In this document: positions 12,015 to 26,127 of the stretch, one piece after another
Position numbering within the stretch: position 1 is the stretch's first letter
Layout of the letters: each line of letters opens with the position of its first letter
NCBI GenBank assembly: GCA_028534125.1
Contig: CM052832.1
Location: forward strand, 11,658,001 to 11,722,000
From: Lama glama
Taxonomy: Eukaryota
Direction: 5' to 3'
DNA: 64,000 nt
Position numbers and translations under genes: made by a program
The notes under the pieces: model-generated
Seen by the model: only the letters and a program-made list of their open reading frames with translations
Told to the model about the DNA's origin: nothing
Databases searched by the model: none

Positions 12015-13254
12015 ACTGGCTGGGTTTACCCTGAGCTAAGTGACCTTCCGCTAGATTCCAGAGAAAGATCGGGGGCCAGAAAATCAGCGAGGCAGTAAGG
12101 TGCTCTGAAGAGGGGCTTGGGTAGGATGCACAGGACGGTCCACTGCAGCCACACTGACATCTGAAGCTGCCCGAGGGCTTGGGACATGGAGCCCAACAGC
12201 ACCTACTGCCCTGAGACTAAACCCCTTTGAAGGGGCAGATTGAGGCCACAGGCCATCAGACCTTCCAACTCCTTACCAGAACTCCTTTCCTCAAAGATCA
12301 GAGGTTTTTTGTTTGTTCGTTCGTTTGCTTGCTTCAAGATATCAAAGTCCCTTCTACTTTGGGCTCTCTAGTCCTCTCTGCTGTGTTTGAACAGTACCGG
12401 GAGGCTGGGGTCTGCTACCATCCAGCCATGTGCCCTACGCAGCCATCTCTGCCATTTACGGGATCCTTGCCGCATGCTGCCTGCAGGCTACGTCATGCCC
12501 GTGATCACAAACCTTATTTAATCCCCACCACACTGGAGTAGTATTATTATCCCCCTTTGGAATCTGAGGCACAGAGTGGTTATGTAACTTGCCCGAAGTC
12601 ACACAGCTAGAAGCGGAGCCTAGGTTCAAACCTGAGAACCTGGAGCCTATGCTAGTAACACCACAGAAGCCTAAGGGAGCAGAGCTGTCCTGCTCCAGGG
12701 CCAGGGGCCTAGCCAGGGCGCCCTGGCTGCAACTCCCAGCTAACTCTCCTCTGCAGGACCAGTGAGGTGAACCAGTCAGTACATCCAGCCCTGCGGTGAC
12801 TACGCAGGAGTCACCAGGGGATTCCTGAGCTCTTTCTCAAGAGATTCTGATTCAGCAGGTCTAGGGTAAAGCCCAGAAATAACCAGGTTCTCGAAATGCC
12901 TGGCTGGAGCTCTCAGAGGGCCAGTCTGATCTGGGTTTCTGGCATCTCCTGCCAATCCATCCTTGCCTGTGTTTTCATTCTGCATTGAAATTTGTGTTTA
13001 CTTGCAATTATGTTAACTTCCTCCTCGTTCTTAGATTCCTTCACCTGCAGCTCTGGCCAGCTGAGCTGCTCCATCTGGGGTGTTGACATCACGATCCATT
13101 CAATTCAAATTACCTGTCTTTGCTGAGTCTCTCGTAGGCTGCCTGGAACACCTGATGTTGGTGACTGAGGAGGAAGGGAAAGGAGGAACAAACAATTACC
13201 AACCAGGCGGTCAGGCCCTCTTTCTATCTCTCTATCTGCTCACATTCCCACCCC

Positions 13255-13640
13255 CAGTGGTTCACTTCAGGGGAAAGGTTCTGACCCAGTTCATGCCAGC
13301 TCATGAAAGCCACTGGTTAAAGTTTCAGACATTTTACAAGCTGACTGTATTAAAAATTAAATTATATGACCATACAGTTAAATTGTTTTCAGAGCAAAGG
13401 TAATGAATACTCCAAACATCACTTCCTAGTTACTTTACGTGCCACTATTCACGCTTCTGAGGTTATTGACATCTGTTGGAGGTACATGGTGGAAATATCA
13501 CGCCACAGCGTTCCTCTTCCCAGCTTCACGTTTTGTGACATCACGTTGTAGCTTGAAATAGCCCTAGTGGGAGTATTTACACCACAAAAATGAGCAAACA
13601 CTAGAGAGCCAGATGTTAAACATTTACCAGCACATCACTG
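13255..13640. mobile_element. MER63-like hAT-Blackjack DNA transposon
   Basis: gtgacatcacgttgtagcttgaaatagcc..gtgggagtatttacacc; terminus aacatttaccagcacatcactg. Confidence 0.6.
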
Positions 13641-16600
13641 CACTGACCTCCTTCTGGATGGGATGTGGGGACTGGGTGGGTGGGAGACAGTGAGGTTTTG
13701 CCCACCTTGAAAAGGAGCAAAGCAATGCCTGTGTTTCAGGGGGAACATAATTCATAGTGTTCCCTGCGATCCTGTGGGCCCCTCAGACCATTGCTGAGTA
13801 GGGGTGAGGATTCAAGGCCATGGGAGCTAAGGGTAGTGGGTGGGCAGGTTACTCAGGTACCTGCCCCACATATGTACACGGAAGCTCTTGGGTCACGCTC
13901 CGAACTGGAGGCAGAAAGGGGAACACAAACCTTGTGCATAGCCATTTCTGCCTTCAGCTGGAGTTCTCAGACTGCCCAGAGCCCAGTCCGGGGGGTGCAT
14001 TATACTCTCCCAACTGCACTGTGGTTTCCGCCAAGTCCCCATCCCCTGGGCATCCTTAAAATTAAAGGGGAGACCCTCTTGGCAAACACTAGGTCTGGTA
14101 ACTGGCCTAGGGCTATTAGGTGGGTTGGGATCCAGCCTAAGGCTGCAAGAGTCGTACTGCTGAGCAAAAACACCACTGACATACAGGATCCTGCGCCTTT
14201 TTTAAGCCAACACAGGAAGGAGTCTAAGGCCTTTCAGAAATTCCCCGTCCCCAGTGCAGGGGAGGAGGTGACTCCACGCAGGATGTCCAGGGCCCCAGTC
14301 AGAAGTGGATGCTGCAGAAGTCCAGTGCCCCCAGCCCCACCCCAGAATCCTCCCAGCAGCTGTCCTCGGTGAGCCAGCCATGGTCCAGTCCCCGCTCAGG
14401 GCAGGCATTGTCCGTGGCCCCCGGGCATGCTCAGGCTTGTGAGCCATGAGTGGTTCTGTCCCTCTAACCACCACCACTTTTTATTGACTGCTTACTTTGG
14501 GACAGGCTCTGTGCTGGGACTTGACAAGAGGGCCCAGGGAAAAGGTTCCTCTTCCTTTGTTTTATTCCACGTCCATCCTCAGCGGGTGTGTTGGTGACAG
14601 GAGGTAAAAGGAGAGGTCAGTAGGGTTGGAATGGGGGGATCCACACAGAACAGCAGTCTGTGAGTCCACCTTCTCCAAGAAGCAGATACCACAGCTGGGT
14701 TAAACCAGAAAGGATGGTGTTAGGGGAGGCGCCTGTGAGAGGCTAACTCAGATGCAAGTCCCATTCCAAGGGACCAAGAGGGAGGGGAGGTTGGGTGGGA
14801 GTGGCCTCAACTGCCACGCAGGCTAAGGGAGGTTAGGCTAGGTTTAGCCGACTCCTAGGTCTCTGGAGAACGGACCCACCTTGGTACCCTGCTCAGTTCA
14901 GTCACTGGTTGGAACAGTGCATGGCCTGGGCACAAACTTTAGGTCTTTGGTCAATTACCTCCCTGTAGTTAGAGGTCTGCAGGGTGTACTTTCATGGTCA
15001 CCACCACAATTATGGGGGAGCAGAAAGTATGCTCACATAGAAGTCAGGCAGCAGAGAGAGGAGAATGGAGCAGACACACAGAGAAAGGCAGAGGGGCATA
15101 TGTGTGTGTGTGTGTGTGGGGTGTGTACATGCACAGTATGAAGCCAGACAGAGGCAGAGAAAGAAGGACTGAGGGAAACAGGAAGACAGAGAAAGAGAGA
15201 AGAACGAACACTACAGAGAAGACAGCTGTCTAGCTCCAGCTCTGGACTCTGTAAGGAGACGCTGGTCCCTCCTCTGGTCCCTTTGAGATGGCCTGTTGAA
15301 TCCTGACCATGAACTCCTCTTTCCGTGGACTAGCTAACGTGGTCTCTGGTTCTCACCATGAAAAGAGCCCTCTCTGTAACACCCTCAATGCTCAACCCGA
15401 AGACCTTGGCCTGTCGTCCCAGGAGAAGCACCCAAGATGTTAGTTAGTGAGAAGTTACCGCTCCACTCCCCTCCACAACTGGCTGGCCTGGTTCTACACT
15501 AACCTTCCAGGAGGATTCTCTTCGCAGTCTCTGCCTGTCCCAGGTTTTCTGCTCTGCTCTTTTCCACCTGGCAGGCCGCTTCATGTTTGTGGCTGCTGAC
15601 TTGTTTCCTAGATGTTTCTCAGGCGTCTGTCCCCTCTCCCCAACGAGAGGGCAGGGCAGGGACTGTTCTTGGGCTGCTTCAAATCCGAGGCCCAGCCCTC
15701 CCCTAGCTGCCTGACGTTGAGCAAGTCACCTAACCTGTCTGGGCCTCTCTGTTAGTTCTTAGGAAACCTGGGAAGTATGACCGACTTCAGACTTCAGCAT
15801 GTGAGGCCCGCGGCCTTTCTCCACGTTACCGTTCATAGTGGTAGCAGGGACATCCCTATTCACTTGGTCACCCTAGGAAATGCTTAACAATAACCCACTG
15901 AAGTTCCAGGGATATGAGAGACTGGACACCTCTCATTTTCCAGGTCAGATCTGACTATTTAGTGCCCTCTATTTACTGCTCCCTCGGGGAGATTTCAGGC
16001 AGTGACAACCTGAGTTTTACCTGAGATTAGGGCTCATATAAAAAATTATCTACATTCCAATTCTTTGTCTTCCTTAATCCCCTCTCATCAGCCTAATGAA
16101 AGAAAACTCTGTGTTGCTGTTTTACATGTGAAAATCTGATGGTTCATTGACTTGCTTGAGGTCACAGGGCTGATGAGGGGAGGATCCCTACCTCAGGGCA
16201 GCCCCCCAGCCTCTGGGCCCCCACAGCAGCAGTACCAAGTGAGTCAGAGAACCCAGCTCAGTCTGCCTCCAAAGGACCATTCCTGAGATTCCTCCTTAAC
16301 TGGCAGTGCCCCTTCCACCAGGGTCTTTCTGCCCCTGGTTCTGAGCAAATTCTTTAGTTTGGTTCCACTAGAGCTCTCCAGTACCCCAAAACCTACCTCT
16401 CAACTCAGAACAGAATGTTACAGCCGACGGGAATTCATTCCTTCAAGGATCTATTGAGCACCTACTGTAAGCCAAGTACCATTTTAGCCACTGAATATTA
16501 GTGACAGCCTAATGATTAGATTTTAATCCAACGGCTCTCAACCCTGGTTGCTTTCAGAATCACTGGGGCCTTTTTGAAGTGTTACCCAGATCTTACTCCA

Positions 16601-17949
16601 AACAGTGAAGTCAGAATCTTTGCGGAGGGTGGGGGATGAGGCCAGCACTCAGAATTTTATTTAAAAACTCCCTAAACGATTCTAATGTTCTCTCAGGGTT
16701 AAGAACCTCCGATCTAGGTGAAACATAGCCTCCCTCACATTACAGAAGAGGGAACTTAGACCCATACATGAGCAGTGCTTTGCCCAAAGTCACAGATCTG
16801 AGCCTGGTTCCTCCACCTTCAAACTCCTAGTAACTTGGTCTGAAGTTAACTAGTAAGTATTTGCTGAAGGCGCCCATGGATGAATGTGGGGTGAGAGGCA
16901 GAGGAAGGTGGTGAGTGCAGTGAATACATATGAGATGCTTTCATTATCCACTGTTCTTCCTGAAGACAAACAGCCCAGGCAGCCAACCACATGACTTGCC
17001 TCCGTAAATCTGATTGGACGAGGAGAGGAAACCCGAACCAAGATCAACCAATGAGATGACCTGGCTTGGCATCTAAACTCAGGACATCAAGGGACTGAGA
17101 CAGGGAGCTGCTGGGAGCTGACCCCAGAGGTCATGGGGGCTTGGGTGTGGTGGCAGGCATTTGGGGTCATATGTGAGCCAGTGGGCAGGGAGAGGGAAAA
17201 AGGTGTGCAGAGAGAAGTAGGACAGAGCAGACACAAACCGAGAGAGGCAGAGACAGGGACTGGGCAGGTCTTGTTTCCCCTGAGAGCTGTACCCTTTCAT
17301 TGAACCTCATCTTTCATAACTACTGGGCTCCTTGAAACTCAAAGGGCCTTGACCAATATAAGCACGGGGGATGGTTCACACAAAAGCCTATAGGAACCAA
17401 AGACGCTTATGTGCCCTTGACTTTGCCCTCAACCCCTAACTGTGTCCCTCTGAAGCACTGAGTTCCCTGTCATTCAAAGCGCTCAGGCAAAGGGTTGGCG
17501 TTCACCTCTTGGAGACATTGGTAAGTTGATCTCATAGGTCCTGCTTAACCACATGATTTTGAATTTCCACAATGGGCAGGCAGAGAGGTATTTTAAGATT
17601 GTTTATTCTCCTTTTCGGCACCCAGTGCCCTGTGCCTGACACCTGGTCCCTGGCAAGGAAGCCTGTACCCCTGGGGATGGGAGTGGGGCACCCAGTAAAC
17701 AAAGAACACAGAAAGTTCCTCCAGTCCCTGCCCCCCACATCACACACACATCCCTGTAGTGGGACAGTGGCAGGGGTGTGGAGACAATGGGAACCTATGA
17801 GTCACGGGGGTAGGCAGGATAATGTTTCTCCAAAAAGGCTCCCTCTGGCCATGTCCGGAGTTGCTGACGTAGGCAGCTGCCAGGCAGTGACACCTGGAAT
17901 GACCCTTAGTTCTGGGCAGTTGCTCGCCCTGCCCTGGATGACCTGGGTT

Positions 17950-20900
17950 TTCTTTTTATCTTTTAATTCAACTTTTATTTTTAGCAAAGTGATATATGCA
18001 TATAAATACTTTTAAAAAGCCAAATAATACTACACAGACTGTAAAGGAAAACAGCAATTGCCTGCCTCACCCTTCCCCATCCCCAGTCCCCAGAGGCAAC
18101 TTCTTTTAGACTTTCCAGCCCTTTCTTCCTATTTTTCTTCTACTTCTTTAAATAACATATAACTGATTTTTAATCCCATGAGTATTTTTTATTATCCTAC
18201 TTTAGCTGGTAGATCATCTTTCCACTACAAAAGGTGAAGATTAGCTCCATTCCATCCCCAGCACTCATACTTTTCCCCCATCCCCCCAATATAGTTAGAT
18301 CTCAATTCAATGTTAACATTTTAACTACGTGAATAGTCATAATGTACCTGGGTATACCTTTTTTTCTTGTGTAACATTTTGTTTTTCATGCTTTTTGTTT
18401 GTTTGCTTAATTTTGTATGTTCCTGTCACTAATTAACTCCCAAGCCCCCTGCTATAATTGTAAAACTTCTTTCAGAAGAATCATCTATCAGTCCCATTTG
18501 TTTTTTCTTGGTGAATTGCCTTTAGAGCCAAACATCTTTCTGTTCCTGGCTGGATGGGTACTCTCTGAGAGTATCCTGAAGTGTCCCTTTACCGTTGATT
18601 GGGAATTCCTTTTGCCGTCTTCCTACATCAGATTCCCTGCTTTCTGAATCCAGTGCCTTCTATCTTTATTTCTTCTTTTGCTGGTGCACTTCCTTCAATA
18701 GCTTTCTGAGAAATGGTGCAAGGGAGGTAAAATTTTTGAGAACTTGTATGTCTAAAAATGTCTTTATCCTACCTTCATCTTGATTGATAGCTTGGCTGGG
18801 TATCTGATTCTAGGTTGGAAATTTTTTCCTTCAGAGTTTCAAGAGTTATTTCCCTTTGTCTTCTAGTTTCTGGCTGGTTATGGAGTAGTTCAGTGACAGT
18901 CTAATTCCTAGGTCTTTATATGTGATCTGTATTTTTTTTTCTCTCTGGAAACTTTTTAGAATTTCTTTATTTTCCAGTGCATTGGTTGGTGTGTTTTTTC
19001 ATTCACAGAGCTGAGTCCTCGGGCTCCCCTTTAATCTGGAAGCTCATGCCCTTTGGTACCTTTCTGTGTTTATTATGTTCTGTCTTTTTGACGTGGGCCT
19101 CTTAGCTTGGTTCTCTGATTTTCTAATCTTTACTTTTTGTCACCTTTCTTTCAAGAGGATTTCCATCTCTAACCCTTCTACTGATTGAAAAGAAAGTCTT
19201 CTACTTTATTTTTATTTTGTTTCTTTTTCTTCCTTTTTATTCAGAGAATTGCAAATATACAGAAAAGTTGGAAAAACAGTATACCTAACACTCTTTTCCC
19301 TACCATCTAGGTCAGTGCTAGAAGTACAATGTGAGCCACATACCTAATTTTAAGCTTTCCAGTAGCCACATTAAAAAGGTTAAAAGAAACAGATAAAATG
19401 AACTTTAATGTTTTACTTATTTTAAAATATCATTTCTATATGCAGTCAATATAAAAATTATTAATAAGATATATTTCCTTCCTTTTTTTGGTGCTAAGTC
19501 TTTGGAATTCGGTGTGTGCTTGTTCACACCCCGAATTCACAGCATATCTCAATCTGGATGATGTCAAGTGCTTAGAAGCTACATGTGACAATTAGCTACT
19601 GTATTAGATAGTGCAGGACTACACTGAACAATTGTTATTATATGTCTATCTATGAACTGCCTGTATATTTTGGCAGAATCATTTGAAAGAAATTTGTAGA
19701 CCATGTTAATGGTTGATTTTTAAGTACTTTCACCTGCGGATCCTAAAATCAAGGCTATTCTGCTACATAACCACATCACCACTTTCACATCTAAGAAAGT
19801 TAACAATAATTCCCTAATATCTTTAATGTCTTGTCCATGTTCAAATTTCCCCAACTGTGCTCAAATTTTCTTTTATACTGAGATCCCATCTAGAGTCATT
19901 TGGTTGCTGGGTCTCCTTAGGCTTTTTTAACATCTATAATAGTTTTCCCTACATGGCCATTTTCAGTATCTAGGCAAGTTGTCCTGTAGAATGGCCTGCA
20001 TTCTGGGTTTGTCTGATTGGTTCTTCATGATGTCATTCAATTTTATTCCTCTACCTCTTGCATTTACTGGAGCCTGGAAGTCAGATCATGGTAAAATTCA
20101 GATTAAATATTTTTAGCAAGGATACTACATAGCTTGCTATCATGTTTTTAATTTTCAAGAGCTATTGCTTATTCTGTGACCATCACTTCCTTACAGCATC
20201 CTACTCTTGTTTCAAAGGTCACAGTATTTCTCTAGTCTCTGAGAATATTAATTATCTCAAAGAGGCAGAAAGGATTCTGCTTTCTGCATCATCTCTGAGT
20301 TAAGGTTGTTGTTGTTTTTTTTCCTTATTTGCTTACTCTGGGTTCTCTTTTTATAATGACGCCTCTCTTGTAATGCCCAGTGATTGTTGGTTGTCTGTGC
20401 ATACTTAAGACTAAGGCTCTGATTATGTGAACAGGGCTTGTGCCTAGAAGATTTGGTGACAAGCTAACTTTTTCATTGAGAAATCTTTAAACGTCAATAT
20501 CTGTAGGACTCTTCTCTTGGGACAATTTCCCTAGAGAGAATCCCTGGAATTTGCTGGGGGATATAAACCTGTTTCCAATGTTCTGATGCTGAATGGGGAA
20601 GAGCTCATGGAAACTTACCGTTCAGTGTTCAGACTTGCACTTAATCCCCTGCCTCAGCTGTGTAATCCTCTCTGTTGGTAAGCCAGCCCATTCTCTGCCA
20701 GGGTGGAGAAGGCAGTGTCCAGCTGCGCAAGAAGTGGAGGGGGCGGATCTGGGGTTATCACAGCTCCTTAATCCACTTCCAACCAGTCCTCTTCAGTTCT
20801 CACCCCCAGCACCACCCCTCCCCCCTTTTAGAGAGCTCTGGCATTTCCAGGTGCTGAGACGTTTGAGATACCCACAGCCTGAAGCTTCTTTCTGTTATCC

Positions 20901-21050
20901 TGCCCATCCTCTCACCCCCACCCACAACCCCAGGCAGTTAAGGTGCAGTTTCTGCCAGGCTAAGTGATTGTCCATCCCTTTTGAGCTTCCAGAATCTTGC
21001 TGACTACTCCACACCTTCACTCTTCTTGTCCTTGTGGGCTATGCCTCATC
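17950..21050 (-). mobile_element. Old HAL1/L1M fragments with nested insertions (L1M 3' end ~19230-20130, MER33)
   Basis: ORF1-like antisense sequence at ~18670-19000 (gctttctgagaaatggtgcaagggaggtaaaatttttgagaacttgtatgtctaaaaatgtctttat); T-rich + strand. Confidence 0.6.
19312..19618. mobile_element. MER33/MER3-like hAT-Charlie element
   Basis: aatgtgagccacatacctaattttaag..tagccacattaaaaagg; end agctacatgtg..tagctactgtattagatagtgcag. Confidence 0.65.
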
Positions 21051-21628
21051 AGGATCATCTCGGTAGGGTTTAGGAGATTGCAAAGATAAAAAGTGCTCAG
21101 TCCTACAGGCTTTCTGTTCAGCAGTGGCCCATTGTCTAGAGGTAAAAATTGAGTCCCAGAGAAATCTGAGGAGGTCCCACACCCAAATTCCAGCCACACT
21201 AAGACAGCAGCATGGCCAGAGACCTGGCAGAAGCTTCACCCCTGAAAATCTCTGCTCCGTGGCCTGGCTTCTGCGACGCAGGGAAGCCAGGACCTTGGTT
21301 TTGACCATGATATTAGCATTCTGAAGTGGTTCCTCTACCCCAGTTACATCTCCAGACTCCAAACCTTGGGTCTGCCTACCTGCGTGCTCCCCACTGCCTT
21401 CCAGGGCCTGGCCCTCACTCTGTGTCTCTAAACTTCTCTCTTTTACTGCTTTTATTTCTTTTCTTGTTTTATCTCACTTTCTTATTCTCGGTATCTTTTT
21501 TTCCTTCGTTTTTTCTCTCTCTCCTGTTTCTCTCTTTTCCTCCCCCCCTCAACTCTCTCTCTCCCTCTCTCTCTCTCCACCCATCCCTGACTTCTTCCTT
21601 TGGTAAATAAGGACTTTTCAATCTACAC

Positions 21629-21821
21629 CAGCAGTTCTCAGTCAGGGCTGAGTTTCCCAGCTCCCCCAGGAAACACCTGCAGCTGTGGAGGGGGCTGGTG
21701 CTGACACCTGGTGGGTAGAGGCCAGGGGTGCTGCCAAACATCCTACGATGCACAGGGCGGCCCAAACGACAAAGGATCATCCAGCCCAAAATGTCAGTAG
21801 TGCTGAGGATGAGAAAGCCTG
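21629..21821. mobile_element. MER20 hAT-Charlie MITE
   Basis: cagcagttctca...gggtagaggccaggggtgctgccaaacatcctacgatgcacagg...cccaaaatgtcagtagtgctgagg..gagaaagcctg. Confidence 0.8.
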
Positions 21822-22999
21822 GTCCCCTGTAACCTCTACTGCACACACCATCTCTAGTTCCTCTCAGAGAAAACAGCAGTGGAGAACAGAGGCCCGAGGG
21901 GGAACCACCGCCAGCAGCCGGCTGTGATGAGCAGCCCAGGCTGTGGGCGGGATGCAGCCTTGGGAATCTGGTGTCGGTTTTGGCCTTGTCAGGGTCAGTC
22001 TGGTGGGAGAGCTCTCCTTAGTCCCTTCAGGTGCTGCCGCCAGGTGTTTACCTGACTGCGGGACCACCCTGGTCCCGGCTCAGGAGCAAGTAATGAAAAC
22101 ACAGTCGGCCCACTGCCCACTCCAGACTGGCCCCTCACCACCGCTGTGAAGGGGGGGTAGCTCCTTCTCCTTCTCCTTCCTCCTGGGCCTGTTCCACAGG
22201 CATGCCAGAAACCCTCCGAGAATCAGCGTGCCATGTGATGGAGGGGGCAGGGGGACAGGCAAGGGCCGGCTGCCTTCCCTGCCTGTAAGCCTACCCTACC
22301 AGAGCCTCCACAGGCCGTGTCTATTCCCTGAAGGTGGCAGAAATAGGGAGGGTTGTGGGGCAGGATGGGGGGATCCTGAGAGTCTGCATTTCTGAGAAGT
22401 TCCCATGTCGTGCTGCTGTCCGTGAACCGCACTGAGTGGCTCTGAGGCCCTCGGGGGCCTCAGAGTCCCTCTAGGAGCCCATCTGTCCATCTGTCCACTC
22501 TCCTGTTCTGTCTGCATGCGGCCCCAGAGCCTGGCTCCTTAATCCAGGGAGGCAGCTCCTTTATTCTTGCAGCCTCCCAGGACAGCATCCAAGATCAAGG
22601 CCCAGTCTGTTCACCCCAGAGGCGCCACATTACAAACCTGGCAACTGTGCCCTGTATGCCCTGTCCCTGCCGCCAGCCACCACCTCCTTCCGTCCTGGGC
22701 CGATTCTCCATCTTGGCACTGGCGGCTGCTGTGACGCCCTTGGACTAGAGCCACCCCTTGAACTCTGTGTTTTGCCAGAGTTAACTGACTTTAAAACACA
22801 AAAGCTGTGTGTGTATAGGGGGTGCTTCCTGGGCGGGTGTGTTTAGGAAGGTTATGTCAAAAAAGTGAACACAGCCTTGTCTGCAGGGGTCTCCTTGTTG
22901 TATGGTGTGTGTATATGTGTGTGTGTATCTGTCCATCCACGGGTCCTTTGGTGTTGATGCTCGGGTGTGCATGGCAGGGCCTCCAACAGCTGCGCGATG

Positions 23000-23000
<1 letters not shown>

Positions 23001-23032
<32 letters not shown>
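23001..23032. repeat. (TG)n microsatellite
   Basis: About 16 perfect TG units. Confidence 0.95.
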
Positions 23033-23033
<1 letters not shown>

Positions 23034-24771
23034 AGTGGGGATGGAAAGGCAGGAAGGAAAGGCCAAGGCACCGGCAGCTTCATCCCTGGGCCTCCCCTTT
23101 CTCCTCCACTGAATAAACATCTTGTTTGTCCACCAGATAGTAGCCCTGAGGCTTACACTCCTCCTCCTGCCCCACCCCCTACCCCCAGGGCTCAGGACTG
23201 GCTAGACCTGCACAGGAAGTCTGGCTGAACCGTAATCCAGCATGGAAAATGCCAAGAAGGAAGGCACCATGCCAGGCCTGTTGACGGACCGGGCGGGCAG
23301 CACCGAGACCAGATGTACCTTCATCACTCTGGGACTCAGACCGCAGCCTCCTCACCGCGCCGCTCCCACCTCCGTGGCGCCACCCGGAGCACAATGGGGC
23401 CATTTCAGAGTAAAATCTCAGTGAAATCCGTCTGCCCAGGAGGAGTTCCCAAACTCAGCCGGGAAGGCTCTGGGGCTCCTAGTAAAGTGGAACTCCAGTG
23501 CCCCATCTTCTTCTTTGCCAGGGTCTGTGGTGACCAGGTGGAGGGCGGGGGACACAGCAGCCTCACAGTCCAAATCCCCTCCCATCAGAGGCATCTAGCA
23601 AAGGCAGGGGCAAAAGAGAGTGAGCTCCGTCGCTGGAGATGTGACCTGTACACTTCGAGCTGCTGAGGTTACATGTGTCAAACTCTTCATTCCTCTGCCT
23701 CCAGGCTGTCTGAACTGCGAAGAAAACAAATGCTCCTAGTTTAAAGAGTCCTAGAAAAGTCAACTTTGCAGCTTCTCCACATCCCCAGCTCAGTCAGGAC
23801 TTCCCTTCCTCCATCTCTCATTTGGACAGTGATAATTCCTGGGCATAGCTTCTAGTTTCCATGTTTATGAACGAATAGGAGGTGGCTTTTGTCTCTTCCT
23901 GGAACAGACAGTGACTAAGGTCATGCAAGTGACAGAAGGGTACTTTCCAAATGTTATTGGAATTGAACCCCATTCAGGGTCCCTTCCTGCCCACCCCTTG
24001 GCCCTCCCCAGCATGGAGGCCCCTAGGGCTCAAACAGGGGCCATGGGACACATCCAGGAAGATGCCAAAGCCTGTTCTCTCTCCCCTGGGCCCCGGGAGT
24101 CAAGACAGGTGTGTGTGTTGGCCGGTGAGGGGCAGTGATCCTCTGCTTCTTGGCCTGTGGGCTGGAACATCTGGCAGGCAGCCCCAATTCTCCCCTCTCC
24201 CTTGGCCTTCTGGTGTCTTCAGTCACTGTATGCATTCCTAGTCCTGCCAGTTCCTGCTTCCTTGGTAGCCAGACACGGATCAGGGCCTGTGAGGCTGAGA
24301 AGAAACAGTGCCAAGGGGGTGGGGCTCCCTCCCTGTCCTGGTTACCAAAGAGGACACAACCCCCCAGTGAGGCTGTCACCCCAAGAGCCTCAGAGGGCAC
24401 AGCAGGACCAAGCCTCTGAGTCAGGTGAAGTCTGGAGCCCAACCAGACCTCACCTGGCAGCTCAACCTCAAGGTCTTTCCTGACTCATCGCTGAGTCTGG
24501 GTCTCCATGGTCCTTGGAGTTTGGACTGTGTTTTTGGCATTTATTGAGATTTGGTCTTGAATGTTTTTAAGACTTCTTCTGAATGCACGTGGATGTCTCC
24601 CTGCGTGTGTTTCTGCACGTGCACACACATGAGAGAGAGAGAGAAATGCAGAGAGGGAGAGAAAGGAATAGAGGCAGCAAGACAGTGGCAGGGAGACAGG
24701 GATACCCTAGCAGAGATCCCCGGAGAAGAAAAGCTGTTTTTCCCCCTCAGACTGTATCTCTCCCCTCAGCA

Positions 24772-25000
24772 GGGCTGTGTCTCCCCTCAGACTGGGGTCC
24801 CTGAGGACGGGGCTGTGTCTCCTCTCAGACTGGGGTCCCTGAGGACGGGGCTGTGTCTCCCCCTCAGACTGGGGTCCCTGAGGACGGGGCTGTGTCTCCC
24901 CCTCAGACTGGGGTCCCTGAGGACGGGGCTGTGTCTCCCCCTCAGACTGGGGTCCCTGAGGACGGGGCTGTGTCTCCCCCTCAGGCAGGGCCTCCCTGAG
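24772..25000. repeat. 39-bp GC-rich minisatellite, 5 full units and 1 degenerate unit
   Basis: Unit gggctgtgtctccccctcagactggggtccctgaggacg; the first two copies are 38 bp, the next three are identical 39-bp copies. Confidence 0.97.
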
Positions 25001-26127
25001 AAGCTGGCCCACTCAGGAATGAGGAACCACAAGCACTCCCTGTGCGGATACCATGAGTGTGTGGTGAGCCTACTTCCCCTAAGTCTTCAGAGGCTTCTGC
25101 AGTAACGCCCAGGGAATGCTCCTTGTTTCTAGGCCGGAGTTCAGGGAAGTCCAGTCCGGGTCTCCTCATTAACAGAGACAATTTGGATGGACTCGAGGCC
25201 TGGGACTCCCCACAGGCCCGCCTGGACTGGCTAACTCCTGCCCTTCCTCCTTTTCCCTCCCTCTTCCCCCGCCTCTGCTTCGGGCAGAGAGGGTTGGAAT
25301 CTGAGGTCTGCAGCCCAAGGCAGCCCCCAGCAGAGCAGTCCTCCTCCTGGGGTGTCAGCAAACCCAGCTCCCAGGCACCAGCGACGGGCGCGAGGGGTGG
25401 CCCGCCTGGCCTCCCAGGCAAGCAGCCTCCCTGTGCTCACTGGACCTGTGTGGATGCAGAAGGGCAGGTCCCTTCTTGCCTGTCCGTGATGCCTCCCTGG
25501 AGGAGGATGAGGAAGACGGATCCAGGAATGAGGAAAGATATGGATGAGAAAGACAAGGCGTATGAAGGAAACAGAGGACAAATCACGAGAAGGATGGTGC
25601 ATCGGCACAGCAACTGTAACATTGGATGAAGTGGGCTTTTAATCATCTGTCTTGCCATTTTTGCTTTATCACAGGATGAACAGAACGCCCACTAGAATTT
25701 CAGTTTCTTGAAGGCTGGGCGCTAAGCTTTGTTGGCTGTTGCATCCTGTGTATCTAGATGCCTGGCACATAGTAGGTGCTCAATTAATATTTGTCGATTG
25801 AGTGACAGATCCTCAGCTGGTGTGGTTTCATGGACTTTGGCCCCTTGTATCGTGTTGCTGACAGTTACCGGAGCTTCCTCTGCTCTCCACCCCCACCCGA
25901 CTCACTCACCCCAGGCGCTGTGTAGGGTGGGCCTGGCGGCCATGAGACCTGCATTCCAGAGCTGACTCTGCTTCTCTCGAGGTGTGTGATTATGTGAGTC
26001 TCTGCTCCTCCGTCTCAGTTTTTCCATCTGTGAAATGAGGAGAATGGATTAGTGTAGTGTCTTTCAAGACCTTTCCTCTTGCCGCTCAAGCAGTGGAGCC
26101 CTTTCTTCAAAAGAAATCTTAAGAGAG

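Noticed and set aside
24772..25000. CRISPR-like repeat array
   Set aside because: Units are head to tail with no unique spacers, in a mammalian context; it is a minisatellite.
24551..25105. 184-aa ORF with repeated LRLGSLRTGLCLP
   Set aside because: A product of the stop-free 39-bp minisatellite, with no splice or homology support.
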